DNA from: an uncultured Candidatus Rokubacteria bacterium
Lineage (GTDB): Bacteria > Methylomirabilota > Methylomirabilia > Rokubacteriales > CSP1-6
Assembly: GCA_963758635.1 (NCBI GenBank)
Contig: CAVWWD010000007.1
Location: forward strand, 425,743 to 489,742
DNA: 64,000 nt
Reading direction: 5' to 3'
Shown here piece after piece: positions 32,533-43,765 of this stretch. Position numbers and translations under genes: made by a program. Numbering within the stretch: the stretch's first letter is position 1; every line of letters begins with the position of its first letter. The notes beneath the pieces were generated by a model that saw only the letters and a program-made list of their open reading frames with translations, was not told the DNA's origin and did no database searches.

Positions 32533-33388
32533 GGCTCCAGTAGTTGCCGGCCACGATGAGGGTCGCGCCGAGCACGGTGGGGCCGTCGATCGGCTCCCCG
32601 TAGAGCGCGAGCCCGATCAGGGCGATGACGGGCAGGCGCAGGAAGTCCATCGGCAGCACGAAGCTCGCGTCGGCCAGCGACAGCGCGCGGCCCATCGAGT
32701 AGTGCGCGGTGAGCCCGGTCACGCCCATCGCGATCAGCGCGGGCCAGTCGCGGAGGGCGGGCGTCGCCCAGACCGCAAGCGACGGCAGGAGGCCGAGGGG
32801 AAGCTGGATCAGGGACATGTGGAACACGACGGCGGCGACGCGGTCGGTGCGCAGCAGGGTCTTCACGCAGAGCGTGGAGCCGGCGAAGCCCAGCGCGGCG
32901 CCGAGCGCGACCGTCGTGCCCGCGCCGATCCCGGCCACGCTCGGCCGCACGATCAGCACGACGCCGGCGAGGCCGCAGAGGATCGCCACGCGGCGATGCG
33001 CGCCGATCTGCTCGCGGAGGAACACGGTGGCGAGCGCGGCCACCCACATCGGCGTGGTGAACTCGACCGCGGTCACGACGGCGAGCGGCGCGAGCCCGAT
33101 CGCCCACACCCAGAGGTACTGCGCGCAGAAGTGCACGACGTTGCGCAAGATCTGGAGAGCCGGCTGACGCGTGACGAACGCGTCGCGGCCGAGGGCCCGC
33201 GCCAGCGCGAGGAGGATCGCGAGGGCCACCGCGCTCCTGAAGAAGAGGATCTCGATGGTGGGCAGGCGTCCCGCCAGCTCGCGGGCGGCGATCGACATCA
33301 GGAGGAAGGACGCGAGCGAGCCGGCCATCCACGCCGCGGCGCGAAGGGCCAGCGGCAGGTCGGGACGCCGCGGGGCCGGGAAGTCCAA
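32510..33388 (-). CDS. DMT/EamA family transporter (start uncertain)
   Basis: EILFFRS, EFTTPMWVAALATVFLRE, PMDFLRLP; about 10 TM segments. Confidence 0.85.
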   Translation of the reverse strand: MDFPAPRRPDLPLALRAAAWMAGSLASFLLMSIAARELAGRLPTIEILFFRSAVALAILLALARALGRDAFVTRQPALQILRNVVHFCAQYLWVWAIGLAPLAVVTAVEFTTPMWVAALATVFLREQIGAHRRVAILCGLAGVVLIVRPSVAGIGAGTTVALGAALGFAGSTLCVKTLLRTDRVAAVVFHMSLIQLPLGLLPSLAVWATPALRDWPALIAMGVTGLTAHYSMGRALSLADASFVLPMDFLRLPVIALIGLALYGEPIDGPTVLGATLIVAGNYWSLRQEARR

Positions 33389-33447
33389 GGCTGCCAGTAT
33401 CGGCGAATCCGGCCCGGGCGCGCGAAAGTCGCGCGCTCGCGCCGCCG

Positions 33448-33463
33448 TGGCATCGTGCTTGCT
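33448..33463 (+). promoter_or_regulatory. Putative sigma54 promoter
   Basis: TGGCAT-CGTGC-TTGCT 50 bp upstream of the GTG at 33513. Confidence 0.6.
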
Positions 33464-33512
33464 CTCTCCAGTCGGGTGACGGCGGTCAAGTCTGATCGAG
33501 GGAGGATTCATC

Positions 33513-34007
33513 GTGCCGGAGAAGAAGACGCTCGAGCGGGCTCGGCAGGACAAGCGGGAGGGGAAATCGGCCTCCACCCAGGCCGGAGAGTTCGTGCGCG
33601 AGGAGATGCACCACATCCGCGAGGGCAAGCACGGCGCGCGCTCGACGAAGCAGGCAATCGCCATCGGGCTGTCGAAGGCGCGGCGCGCCGGCGTGGGGCT
33701 CAGGGCTCCGAAGAAGGGGACGGCGTCGGCCGAGACGCGGCGGAGCGCGAGGTCGGCCTTGCGCCGCTCCCGCTCACGGCGGGAACCGTCGGCGAAGCGG
33801 TCCCGGGCGACGCTCAGCGCCCTCCGCCGCGAGGGGCGCTCCGCCGCGGCGCCGGAGTCTCTTGCGCGTCAGGCGCGACAGTCGGCGCGCCGGCGCGGGC
33901 CGCGCGCGCGGTCGAGGGCGGCGATGAAGGCGGTCCGCACCAAGGGCCCCCGGACCCGCTCGATGGCCGCGCGCAAGGCAGCCCGCACCCGCGCCCGCCA
34001 CTCCTGA
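33513..34007 (+). CDS. Basic histone-like / putative DNA-binding protein (DUF6496-like)
   Basis: GGAGG RBS; STQAGEFVREEMHHIREGKHGARSTKQAIAIGLSKARRAG; Arg/Ala/Lys-rich tail. Confidence 0.78.
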   Translation: MPEKKTLERARQDKREGKSASTQAGEFVREEMHHIREGKHGARSTKQAIAIGLSKARRAGVGLRAPKKGTASAETRRSARSALRRSRSRREPSAKRSRATLSALRREGRSAAAPESLARQARQSARRRGPRARSRAAMKAVRTKGPRTRSMAARKAARTRARHS

Positions 34008-34056
34008 CCCCGTCCCGCGCCTCCCCGTCCCCGCGGTTGCATCGGTTGCATCGGGG

Positions 34057-34080
34057 TCAGGCACTCGCGCAAGTGCCTGA
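34057..34080. other. Perfect 9-bp inverted repeat at the left edge of the variable island
   Basis: tcaggcact-cgcgca-agtgcctga, preceded by tandem cggttgcat x2. Confidence 0.6.
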
Positions 34081-34109
34081 ATGGAAAGTGCCCACACCGG
34101 GAGTCCCAG

Positions 34110-34435
34110 GCCGGCGCCCGCGAGCAGGCGGTCGAGCACGAGCCGGCCCTCGAATCGCAGGCCCTTGCGGCCGTCCTCGCGGATCGGCGCGACGCGGATG
34201 GGCTCGGCCAAAAGAGCTTGCGGAGCATCTGCCGCGCCTGCGGGACGTGGCGCCCCAGGAGCGCGCGCACGTCGGCGACTCGCGCGCGCGCGTCGCGCTT
34301 GAGCCGCGCGGTGTCCAGGTCCGCCGCGCTCGTCAGGCCCGCCAGCGCCTCCAGCTCAGGCGACGAGCGCCGCCTTGCCGGCCTCGTCCTCGCGGAGGCG
34401 CTCTCGCAGGCCCGGCAACGCGCCGTCGCCATCGA
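34110..34435 (-). pseudogene. C-terminal remnant of a large serine recombinase-like protein
   Basis: Coiled-coil then LDTARLKRDARARVADVRALLGRHVPQARQMLRKL...EPIRVAPIREDGRKGLRFEGRL; resembles recombinase-family C-termini (recognition from memory). No catalytic domain present. Confidence 0.45.
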
Positions 34436-34483
34436 GCAACGTGTCGTAGCCGCGGCGCAGGCGGTACTCGTGCTTTCATCTTG

Positions 34484-34831
34484 CTAGCCGCTCCATGCGG
34501 CTACTTCCTTCCAGATCTCATGGCAGAGCTTGTCGAAATGGACATCACCCCTGAAGGCCGATTGTCTCGGGCTGGCGAACTGAGGAAACACGTAGTAGTT
34601 CCCCACAATCGGTCTACCGCACACAGTGCATGGCCTCTCGGCTTCAGCGGAGACGGCATCCTGTCGGATCTGGCTCAATCGCGTGAGGTCGTTCACTGGC
34701 AGGAGGCCCTCCTTTACCAGGCCCTCAATTCGCTCTGCCAAGCCCTCGCAGGTGGCGCAGCGCCCCATCCCCGCCGGGGCGCCGTTGGGACAACTCTCGT
34801 ATCGACACATTCGGCGCTCCGTTATCCCCAT
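34484..34831 (-). CDS. Small Cys-rich putative Zn-binding protein
   Basis: CATC, EGLLP, CTVCGRPI, HFDKLCHEIW; lower GC than the flanks. Confidence 0.55.
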   Translation of the reverse strand: MGITERRMCRYESCPNGAPAGMGRCATCEGLAERIEGLVKEGLLPVNDLTRLSQIRQDAVSAEAERPCTVCGRPIVGNYYVFPQFASPRQSAFRGDVHFDKLCHEIWKEVAAWSG

Positions 34832-34884
34832 CGGCAAGTCGCCGGGCTGGGCACCCCGAAGCCACCCAGCGCGTGCGTGAATGC

Positions 34885-35014
34885 ATTGAGAGTGGCCGAC
34901 GGAACTACCTGTCAGATACCCGATCTTGGCGACCTTCCCCGTCGGCTGCGCCTCGGCGGCGCGCGGCGCAGCGAGGAGAGCGAGGGTGAGCCGAGCGAAG
35001 TCGCGCCGGTCCAT
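34885..35014 (-). pseudogene. COG2984 ABC substrate-binding protein, 5' fragment (copy A)
   Basis: MDRRDFARLTLALLAAPRAAEAQPTGKVAKIGYL, then unrelated sequence. Confidence 0.75.
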
Positions 35015-36001
35015 CACTCGATCACCTGGTCCGCCCGCTCCAGCAGCGCCGGCGGGATCGTCAGGCCGAGGGCCTTGGCGGTCTTGAGGTTGATCACCAG
35101 CTCGAACTTGGTGGGCTGCTCGACCGGTAGGTCGGCTGGCTTGGCGCCCTTGAGGATCTTATCTACATGGGTTGCGGCTTGGTGAGCCTGCGCGGTTCTA
35201 TTGGCCGCATACGCCATGAGAAACCCGGCCTCCGCGTCTCCTGCTTGGACCGAGACCATCGGCAGCCGGTGCTTCGTCGCCAGCTCGATCGTCCGCTGGC
35301 GGCCTGGCGCGACGAGGGGCGTCTGCCTAGTACCTGAGTACCCCGTCGGCGCGCTGCTTGACGATCGTTTCGAACGCGCGGTCGAGCTCGCGGACGGCGC
35401 GGAGCTCCACCGGGAACACCTCGACTCTCAGCGACCGAGCCGCGGCCTTCCACGTGCCGCATCTGGACCGCGAAGACGGGGTCGCCCGGCTGCCCCAACG
35501 CCGCAACGCGCGACAGGCGCGGGACGGCCTGCTTTAGGAGCTCGAGCCGCTTGGCGGTCAGCTCGCCGACGGCAGGGCTGAGGCCCGTGATGTTTCCGCC
35601 GGGCCGGGCGAGACTGTCCACCAGCCCGGTCGCCACCGGATCACCGACCAGCATCATACACGATGGGGATAGTCGTGGTGGCTCGTTTCGCGGCCGCCAC
35701 CGATGGCGTGTTGGCCACGGCCATGACGTCCATCCTTGAGCTGCGACCAACTCCGTGGCCAGGCCGGGAAGATGCTCGAGCTTGCCCTCGGCCCAGCGAG
35801 CCTCGTAGAGGACGTTCCGGCCCTCCTCGTAGCCCAGTTCCCGCAGTACCCCGTCGAAGACGACTCGAAGACAATTGGCCTCTGCACGGCTCGAGTACGC
35901 CGTGAGAAAGCCGACACGGGAGGTCCTGGCCACGGCTGCGCCTCGACGGCGCGCGGCACGGTAGAGAGCGCGAGGGTGCCGAGGAACGCGCGGCGGTCCA
36001 T
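35014..36001 (-). pseudogene. COG2984 ABC substrate-binding protein (copy B, frameshifted)
   Basis: MDRRAFLGTL, SLARPGGNITGLS, KRLELLK, PVEQPTKFELVINLKTAKALGLTIPPALLERADQVIE. Confidence 0.85.
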
Positions 36002-36993
36002 CACTCGATCACCTGGTCCGCCCGCGCGAGCAGCGATGGCGGGATCGTCAGGCCGAGCGTCTTCGCGGTCTTCAGGTTGATCGACCAGCTCGAACTTGGC
36101 CGGTTGCTCGATGGGGAGATCGCCAGGCTTGGCGCCTTTGAAGATCTTGTCAACAAACGTGGCCGCTCGCTGGAACATGGTAAGGGTCGATTCGATCCAT
36201 AGCTCATCAGCCCTCCAAGGTTCGCATACTCCCCGACCGCAGGAAACTGACGGCAGCCGATGCGTGGCAGCCAGCTCGGCGATCGGTCGTCGGTGCTCCA
36301 TGCGTGAGCGCCTTCAAGGGCCACGATGAGCGCCTCGGCACGCTCCTGCGCTCGCCGCCTTGAAGGCTCGCGGCAAATCCTCGGGGCGTCGCATCGTCGA
36401 GAAGCTGAGGCTGGATCCCGAGAGACCGCGCCGCCTGCTGCACCTCTTGCCATTGAAGTGTGACAACCGGATTACCCAGGTTGAAGAGGCCCGCGATGCG
36501 TGTGAGCTCGCGGCAGCAATTCTCTGAGTAACTCCACCCGTTTCGCGTAGATCCCGACGTTCAAGCGCGCTGAGCCCCGTAACATTACCGCCCGGGCCGC
36601 GCCGAGGCTGGCGACAAGTTTGGTTGCGACAGGATCGCCCACGGACGCCATGACGACCGGGATAGTTTGTGTCGCGTTCTTTGCCGCCAGCGAGCGCGGG
36701 CGTCCCCCTTGTCACGATGAGGTCCACGTTGAGGCCGACCAGCTCGCTCGCGAGGCCGGGGAGCCGTTCTGATTCGCGCTCGTCGACGATCGGTACGCGA
36801 TAGCGAGGTTCTGACCCTCTATGTAGCCAAGTGTTCGCGCAGCCCTTCTCGGAAGGCATCGAGGAAGGCAGCGATGAGGGCGGTGGATCTCCGTTAGAGC
36901 ATGCCGATCCGGTGGAACTCGTGCCTGCTGCGCCTCGGCGGCGCGCGGGGCGGCGAGGAGGGCGAAGGAGCCGAGGAAGGCGCGGCGGTGGAT
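36001..36993 (-). pseudogene. COG2984 ABC substrate-binding protein (copy C, heavily degraded)
   Basis: Start mutated (ATC CAC CGC CGC), VDLIVTRGTP, PGGNVTGLS, LTIPPSLLARADQVIE. Confidence 0.8.
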
Positions 36994-38003
36994 CTACTCG
37001 ATCACCTGGTCCGCCCGCTGGAGGAGCGACGGCGGATCGTCAGGCCGAGCGCCTTCGCCCTCGTGAGGTTGATCCCCAGGCGAAAGATCGTTGGCTGCCG
37101 GATCGGGTATGTCCCCGGCGTTGGCTCCGCGCAGAATCTGGTCCACGCATTCAGCGGCGAGCCGAAGGCTCGCAGCACGGTCCCACCCGTAAGACATCAG
37201 ATGGCCGAGCGCGAGAAAGGTCGCATCCAGGCAGATGGTCGGAAGTCGTTTGGCCGCGGCCAGTTCCGCAATCGCTTTCCGGTAGGTCGACATGAGCGTA
37301 CTGCCATACAAGATGACCGCCTGCATCCGCTCGGCCTTGAGCGCTGCGAAGGCCTGCTCGAACTCGCCGTGCTGTCCGTCGCCGACGACCACGATGCGAA
37401 CCCGAAGGCCTAACGCCGGAGCACGGCTCTTGATCTCGTGAAGCCAGGCCGCGGTTGCTGGAGGGAGAGCAGCTTCGCTGAGTCCATGTTCGCCGGCGAG
37501 GACGCCGACCCGTGAGAGCCCGGGAAGGGCTTCCTTCAGCAATGACAGATGCTTGCCGCCAATCTCCGTCTGCATGACCTGTACGCCGGTGACGTTGCCG
37601 CCAGGTCGCGCGAGGCTAGCGGCCAAGCCGGCCGCCACGAGGTCCCCGGCGGCCCACGTGACGATCGGTACGGTCCGCGTGGTGCGGCGTATGGGCCCTG
37701 CGACTGTACTGTTGCCAACGACGAAGACATCAGTGCCAAGAGTGATCAATTCTTGCGCGATCCCGGAAATCCGCCCGCTCTCCAGGCCAAACGCACGGTG
37801 CTCGATGAGAACGTTGCGCCCGGGACTCCAGCCGAGTTCTCGCAACCGCTCTGCGAATGCGTCCCAGAATCGTTGGGCGCCCCCTTGAGCGGGCAGCTTT
37901 GGGAAATGCTGCTGATCCGGTGCACCCTCCCCGCTGGCTGCGCGTGCGCGAACGAAGGCGCAACCATCAAGCTGAGCGTGCCCAGGAAGGCGCGGCGGTC
38001 CAT
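36994..38003 (-). pseudogene. COG2984 ABC substrate-binding protein (copy D, frameshifted)
   Basis: MDRRAFLGTLS, ASLARPGGNVTGV, PPSLLQRADQVIE. Confidence 0.85.
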
Positions 38004-38230
38004 CACTCGTACTGTCCTTCCGCGTAACGCCATTCGACGAGAACGTTTTGGCCTTCGACCCATCCCCGCTCACGCAGCCGCTCGCGCAACGCTGCCTGGA
38101 GGACTCGCTCCTGCTCAGGCCCTCCCGAGCTGATGACACCGATCCGGTAGATCTTGCCCGCCTGCTGCGCCTCGATGGCGCGCGGCGCCGCGAGGAGGGC
38201 GAGGGTGCCAAGGAACGCGCGGCGGTCCAT
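38003..38230 (-). pseudogene. COG2984 ABC substrate-binding protein, truncated 75-aa ORF (copy E)
   Basis: MDRRAFLGTLALLAAPRAIEAQ...GWVEGQNVLVEWRYAEGQYE*; the stop overlaps the ATG of copy D. Confidence 0.8.
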
Positions 38231-38306
38231 CAGGTGGTCCTCGGAACCTGTCTACGGTTGTGGCGGTGCCTCGTGTCTGGGGCGCGGACGCCGACGAGTG
38301 TCGCAG

Positions 38307-41300
38307 TCACGCTCCCATCTCCGCTTCCGACTGCTCCAGCCAGTACGTCATGCCCATCTCGCGGTACATCGTCGTCGCCGTGGTGAGGTGCTCTTGGGCC
38401 TCCTCGCGCTTGCCCGTGTGCCGCGAGAGCTTACCGAGGCCGAGGTGGCAGTGCGCCAGGAGGGGGCGCATCTCCAGCGCGCCCGCGAGCGCCGTCGCCT
38501 CGCGATAGTGTCGCTCCGCGGCGGCGGCATCCGGAGGCTGTGCGGCCAGCGCGACCTCCGCCTGGAGACGTAGCGCCCACGCCTCGAAGCCACGCTCTCC
38601 GCGCTCGCGCGCGGACTCGACCGCGTTGGCCGCCCACGCCGCCGCGTCCTGAACGCGGCCGACCCTCAGGTAGGCCTCGCCGAGGTCCGTGAGGCGAGGG
38701 CATCGCAGCCACGTGTGCCCGACGGCATCGGTGCGTCGGAGACCTTCCTCGATCATCTCGACCGCCTCCGGCGCCCGTCCGGCGAGGACGAGGATGCGCC
38801 CGAGGACGGACATCACCTGCCCGAGCGAGCGCGAAAACCCCCACTGACGGCACAGCGCGATCGCCTGATCAGCGAGCGGCTTTGCGCGATCGAGATCACC
38901 TTGGAGCGCGTATGCCCAGGCGAGCTGCCAGAACACGTTCACCAGATTCCACGGGTGCGTGGCGATACTCGCGCGATCTCGCAGAGTGATCTCCGCCGAG
39001 CGGTGCGCCTCGGCGAAGTCCCCGAGCTCGGCCAGAAACATGGCGACGTAGCCGGATCGGCCCAGGATCCGCACCGGCTGCCCCGGCTGGCGGACGGCGC
39101 GAGCATCAGCCCCCTTCAGAAGGAGATCGACGGCGCGACGGTGCTCGCCCAGCGCGTATGCCCAGCACCCGGCCCAGAAGTACGCATCGCCCGCCATCCG
39201 TTGAACGCCCAGAGCCTGACCGATCGCGATCACGTCCTGCGCGAGATCCGCCATCGGGCGCAGATCCTCGGCGAGCAGGCCGCCGACATGACAGATGTGC
39301 AACCGCGCCCAGCCGAGACGCTCGCGGTCCCCGAGCGCCATCGCGAGCGTCTCCGCCTCGCGGAGGCGCTCGAGGAGCGCTCGCAGCTGGTCGAGCGGCA
39401 AGAGCGCCACGTAGAGGTCGAGGCGCAGATCGACGGCCGTCTCGCGGGTCCGCTGAGTTTCCGGAAGGCGCCCGAGCGCGTCCAGCGCCTGCTCGATGTA
39501 CGCCACCGCCTCATGATTGGCGGCCCGTCCGAGCGCCTTCCTGGCCGCTTCACGGCCATAGCGAACGGCCTTGTCCCACTCTCCGCCCCGGAAGGCGTGG
39601 TGAGCCAGGCGCTCGGCGTGCTCGGCGAGGCGGTCGGCGTGGAGCATCTCGATCGCGCCGACGATCTGCGCGTGCAGCGCCCGCCGTCGCTCGTGCAGGA
39701 CGCCTCCGTACGCGACGTCGTGCGTCAAGGCGTGCTTGAACGTGTACTCCAGATCCGGAAACAGCCGCGTCTCGTAGAGGAACTCGGCGGCCTGCAGGCG
39801 GCCAAGCCCACGGCGCAGATCCTCCTCGGCCAGCTCGGCAATGGCGAGCAGCAGGGCAAAGGGCACGTCCTTGCCGATGACGGAGGCGGTCTGGAGGAGC
39901 TGCTTGTCCTCGGAGGCCAACCGGTCGATCCGCGAGGCCAGGATCGCCTGCACCGTGGCGGGCACGTCGATCGTGTCGAGCGGGCGGTCGAGCCGATGGG
40001 CGCCGCGCTCTCCGGTGAGCGCGCGCGTCTCGACGAGGATCCGCACGCTCTCCTCGAGGAAGAGGGGATTGCCGCCGGTCCGGGCGATGAGGACGGGCTT
40101 GAGCGGCTCGACGGTGGGTCGCTGCCCAGCAAGGCCAGGAGCAGCTCGTTCGCGCTGTCCGGTGGCAGGGCATCCAGTCGGAGCTGGGTGTAATAGGTCT
40201 TGCTTCCCCAGCCATGCTGGTACTCCGGCCGGTAGTTGACCAGGAGGAGAAGTCTTGCGGTCGGCAGACTCTCGACCAGGCTGTCCAGGAACGCCTGCGT
40301 CTCGGAGTCGATCCAGTGCAGGTCCTCGAAGATCACGAGGAGCGGCTGCACCTGGCTCTCGCGGAGCAAGAGGCGCTTGACGGCGTCCAGGGTAAGCTGG
40401 CGGCGGCGGGGCGGATCGACCGCCTGCCACTGGGCGTCCTCGACGGGTACGTCCAGGAGCGCCAACAGCGCGGGCAGGGTCGGCTCGAGGGCCCGGTCCA
40501 GCGTGAGGAGCTTGCCGGTTACCTTCTCCCGGATCTCGCGATGGGTTTCGCGGTCACTCACCTTGAAGTAGCTCTTGAGGAGATCGATGACCGGCAGGTA
40601 GCTGGTGGCCTTGCCGTAGGACACGGAGCCCGACTGTAAGATTAGCCAGTCCTGGATCCGGTGAGAGTGGGTGAACTCGTGGAACAGGCGGGACTTGCCC
40701 ACTCCGGGTTCGCCCACGACCGCCACTAGTTGACCGTACGCGGCGCGGGATTGCTCGAGAGCCTTGCTGAGCTGCTCGACCTCGGCGTCACGGCCGACAA
40801 ATCGCGTCAGCCCCCGAGCCGCCGCAGCCTGGAGGCGCGATCGCGCGGCGCCGACCCCGATGGCCTCGTAGACCTCGACGGGCGCGCCCAGCCCTTTGAT
40901 CGGGACGGGGCCGAGCGGCTTGACCTCGACGTAGCCCTCGACAAGTCGCAGGACGTCCGCCGTCAGGCGGATACTCCCCGGAGTCGGCAAGCTGCTCCAT
41001 GCGAGCGGCCAGGTGCGTGGTCTGGCCGACCGCCGTGTAGTCCATGTGCAGATCGCTGCCGATCGAGCGGACGACGACCTCTCCGGAGTTCAGGCCGACG
41101 CGGATCTGCACCTCGACGCCGTGGCAGCGCCGGACGTCGTCGGAGTACCGCTTCACGTGTCTCTTGCATGCGGAGGGCCGCGTAGCAGGCCCGCACCGCG
41201 TGGTCCTCGTGGGCGAGGGGCGCGCCGAAGAGCGCCATGATCCCGTCGCCCATGACTTGGTTGACGGTGCCCTCGTAGCGGTGGACGGCCTCCATCATGC

Positions 41301-41659
41301 GCTCGAGCACGGGTCGAGGATCTTCCGGGCCTCCTCGGGGTCGCGGTCGGCGAGCAGCTCCATGGACCCCTTGAGGTCAGCGAAGAGCACCGTCACCTGC
41401 TTGCGCTCGCCCTCGAGGGCGGCCTTCGACGTCAGGATCTTCTCGGCAAGGTGCTTGGGGGTGTAGGCCTCAGGGGCAGGCGAACGAGGCGGGTCGCGTC
41501 GCCAGCGGCGACGGCTTGGCCGCACTCGAAGGCAGAAGCTGGCCCCTCCGGGTAGGTCAGCGCCGCAGGAGCCGCAGGTGAGCGCGAGGCGGGCCCCGCA
41601 CCCTAGGCAGAACCAAGCGTGGGGCGGGTTCTCCTGCGCTGGCACCGGGGACACGTCAT
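38307..41659 (-). CDS. Double zinc ribbon + class III adenylate/guanylate cyclase + AAA(STAND) + TPR protein (several frameshifts)
   Basis: MTCPRC...CGSC, GERKQVTVLFADLKGS, GDGIMALFGAP, GEPGVGKSRL, FEDLHWID, YTFKHALT, HCHLGLGKL. Confidence 0.9.
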
Positions 41660-42092
41660 GCCGGAGCCTCCCAAGGGGTCGTGGCGGGAGATCGGAACGG
41701 TGCGCAGAGAGTAGCGCAACTCCACTTCGCGTGGCTGGCGGACTCAATCCTCCTCCCGCCTCGCCGCGAGCGTCTCGACCAGGGCTGCCACGAGCGACGG
41801 ACCAGCAGGAACACGACGACTGGTGGCGTCGCGGCCGTCCACGGCAAGATCGATGAGGATCGCCGATGGGCTCACGCCCGGCCTCGTCCTGGATACGGCG
41901 ACCTGCTCGCGTGCGCAGCCTGCGCTGAGGCCGCTTCGCCGCCGCAACGCTGCGTGAGGTGCCGCGACGCACCGTCCTCGCCGCACCCGCGGAGGTGCAT
42001 TTCACGCGCTTGCATCCAAGCAATCGGGCCCCGCCTCCGCCATGACATGCCCGGCTAGCTTGAACGCCCGCCGGTGGCCCCGCGCGAGGCAA

Positions 42093-42566
42093 TCACGCCA
42101 GGCGCAACTCCGCCAGGGAAGCGTGCGCGTCTCCGGCACTGATGTCCGGAATGATCTTCAGCTCGATCGCGGCCACGCCGTCGAGCTCGACCGCGTAGTC
42201 CTCGACCTCCCAGCTCGTGACCGGTGGGCTAAAGTTGTATTGCTGGCGTACGATCTCCTGGTAAGACTGGCCACGGTCGGTAGAGGAGCGCAGGACGAGC
42301 TCCTGCGTCCGTTGCCGCTCCTCTTCCTGGAAGCGGAGATGAACACGCCTCAGTGAGAGCGGCTCGTCGAACACGAGACGGATCGTCTGCTCCCCCGGCT
42401 TAGCTGCCCGCCAGCCCACCCCGTGGCCAGGGATCAGTGCCGCCTCGATTGGGTGGGCCGCGTCCTCCGACGTGATCTCGACACGGGCGAGCTGCTCCAA
42501 GTCCAGCCATATCTGTTCCCGTGACAGGGCATTGTCGAGGTCGTGCTGCATCACGGTCTTGCGCAT
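42093..42566 (-). CDS. Galactose-binding-fold / putative carbohydrate-binding protein
   Basis: AGGAGGG RBS; EITSEDAAHPIEAAL, GWRAAKPGEQTIRL, EIVRQQYNFSP. Confidence 0.7.
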   Translation of the reverse strand: MRKTVMQHDLDNALSREQIWLDLEQLARVEITSEDAAHPIEAALIPGHGVGWRAAKPGEQTIRLVFDEPLSLRRVHLRFQEEERQRTQELVLRSSTDRGQSYQEIVRQQYNFSPPVTSWEVEDYAVELDGVAAIELKIIPDISAGDAHASLAELRLA

Positions 42567-43062
42567 CGCCGGCCCTCCTTCGGCTCATCTTGGCATGCGC
42601 CCACTGACGAGGCAAAGTGGAGCCCCCCACGCGCGCGTTCCTGAACCCGGCGATCCAGTCGAAGCTCGGGCAATACCCGCCAAGCACCACGGCATCGCCT
42701 CATCTCTTCAGAAAAGTGGCGGTCCCAGGGGATCTGTGGCGACTAGACACCGCCCGACTTCTAAGCCCAAGCACGGGATCGCGCCGTCCGCCTCAATGGC
42801 CGATCCACAATGGTCTGACCTCGATTCTCAGAAACGGGCAATTGGATGCTTCGACCGGATCTCGATAGTCTCATCGACGTTTCCGCGCTCGAGGCGAAGG
42901 GGCATCTGGCCGGCCCCTCCGTGACCCGTATACTGCCGGAACCGCGTGCTTCCTGAGTTCGCCCGGCTCCACGACACGGATCGCGACCTGGACAGTTGGC
43001 CCAGACCGCACTGGTCCCGGAAGCCGAGGCCTCGTCGCGGCTCCAAGCGGTACACTCACGCC

Positions 43063-43254
43063 ATGGCGAAAGCGCAAGGCTTGGTGGTGGGCGACACGGC
43101 GGAGCTGCGTGACGCGGCCTCCGACACCGTGGGCACGGTCGTCGCGATCGTCGGGCCCGATCACGTCAAGGTGGGATGGAACACCGGCGAGGGCTCCACC
43201 GGCAAGACCACGATGCTCTCGGCGCGCGCGTTGCGGAAGCGGAGCGCGGACTGA
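43063..43254 (+). CDS. Small hypothetical protein (SH3/KOW-like pattern)
   Basis: GLVVGDTAEL...GTVVAIVGPDHVKVGW; 63 aa. Confidence 0.45.
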   Translation: MAKAQGLVVGDTAELRDAASDTVGTVVAIVGPDHVKVGWNTGEGSTGKTTMLSARALRKRSAD

Positions 43255-43261
43255 CCGCGCC

Positions 43262-43765
43262 ATGCGCGCGCAAACACCTGACCAGCCTAGCCACACCGAT
43301 CCTCAACTCCGCGTGGCCTACCTGGCAGATCACCCCGAGGTTCTGCCTGTGCTCAGGAGCTGGTTCGAGACGGAGTGGGTCGACTACTACGGTCCAGCAG
43401 GTCCTGGCGATGCCGAGCAGGATCTGCGCGCGTATTCCAGTCGCGAGGCGCTCCCGGTCGGCCTCGTCGCCTTCTCCGAGGAGCACCTGTGTGGGATCGG
43501 CGTACTGAAGCGCGACTCGCTCGCCACCCATACGCACCTCTCTCCATGGGCGGCGGCCGGCCTGGTCGCTCCATCCTTTCGCCGCAGGGGCATCGGGTCG
43601 AGACTGTTGATGGGGTTGGAAGGCGTCGCCACCGATCTCGGCTACTCCATGCTCTATTGTGGAACGAGCACTGCCGCCAGCCTCTTGAAGCGCAGTGGGT
43701 GGCAGCTCGTCGAGTGCGTCCGCTACGAAAGCGAAGACTTGTCGATCTACCAAAAAGCACTCTGA
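43262..43765 (+). CDS. GNAT family acetyltransferase
   Basis: LVAPSFRRRGIGSRL acetyl-CoA motif A. Confidence 0.85.
   Translation: MRAQTPDQPSHTDPQLRVAYLADHPEVLPVLRSWFETEWVDYYGPAGPGDAEQDLRAYSSREALPVGLVAFSEEHLCGIGVLKRDSLATHTHLSPWAAAGLVAPSFRRRGIGSRLLMGLEGVATDLGYSMLYCGTSTAASLLKRSGWQLVECVRYESEDLSIYQKAL

Noticed and set aside
41680..42050. Possible small ORFs between the cyclase and carbohydrate-binding genes, and at 43800-44040 and 46810-47250
   Set aside because: No convincing RBS, motif or codon pattern.
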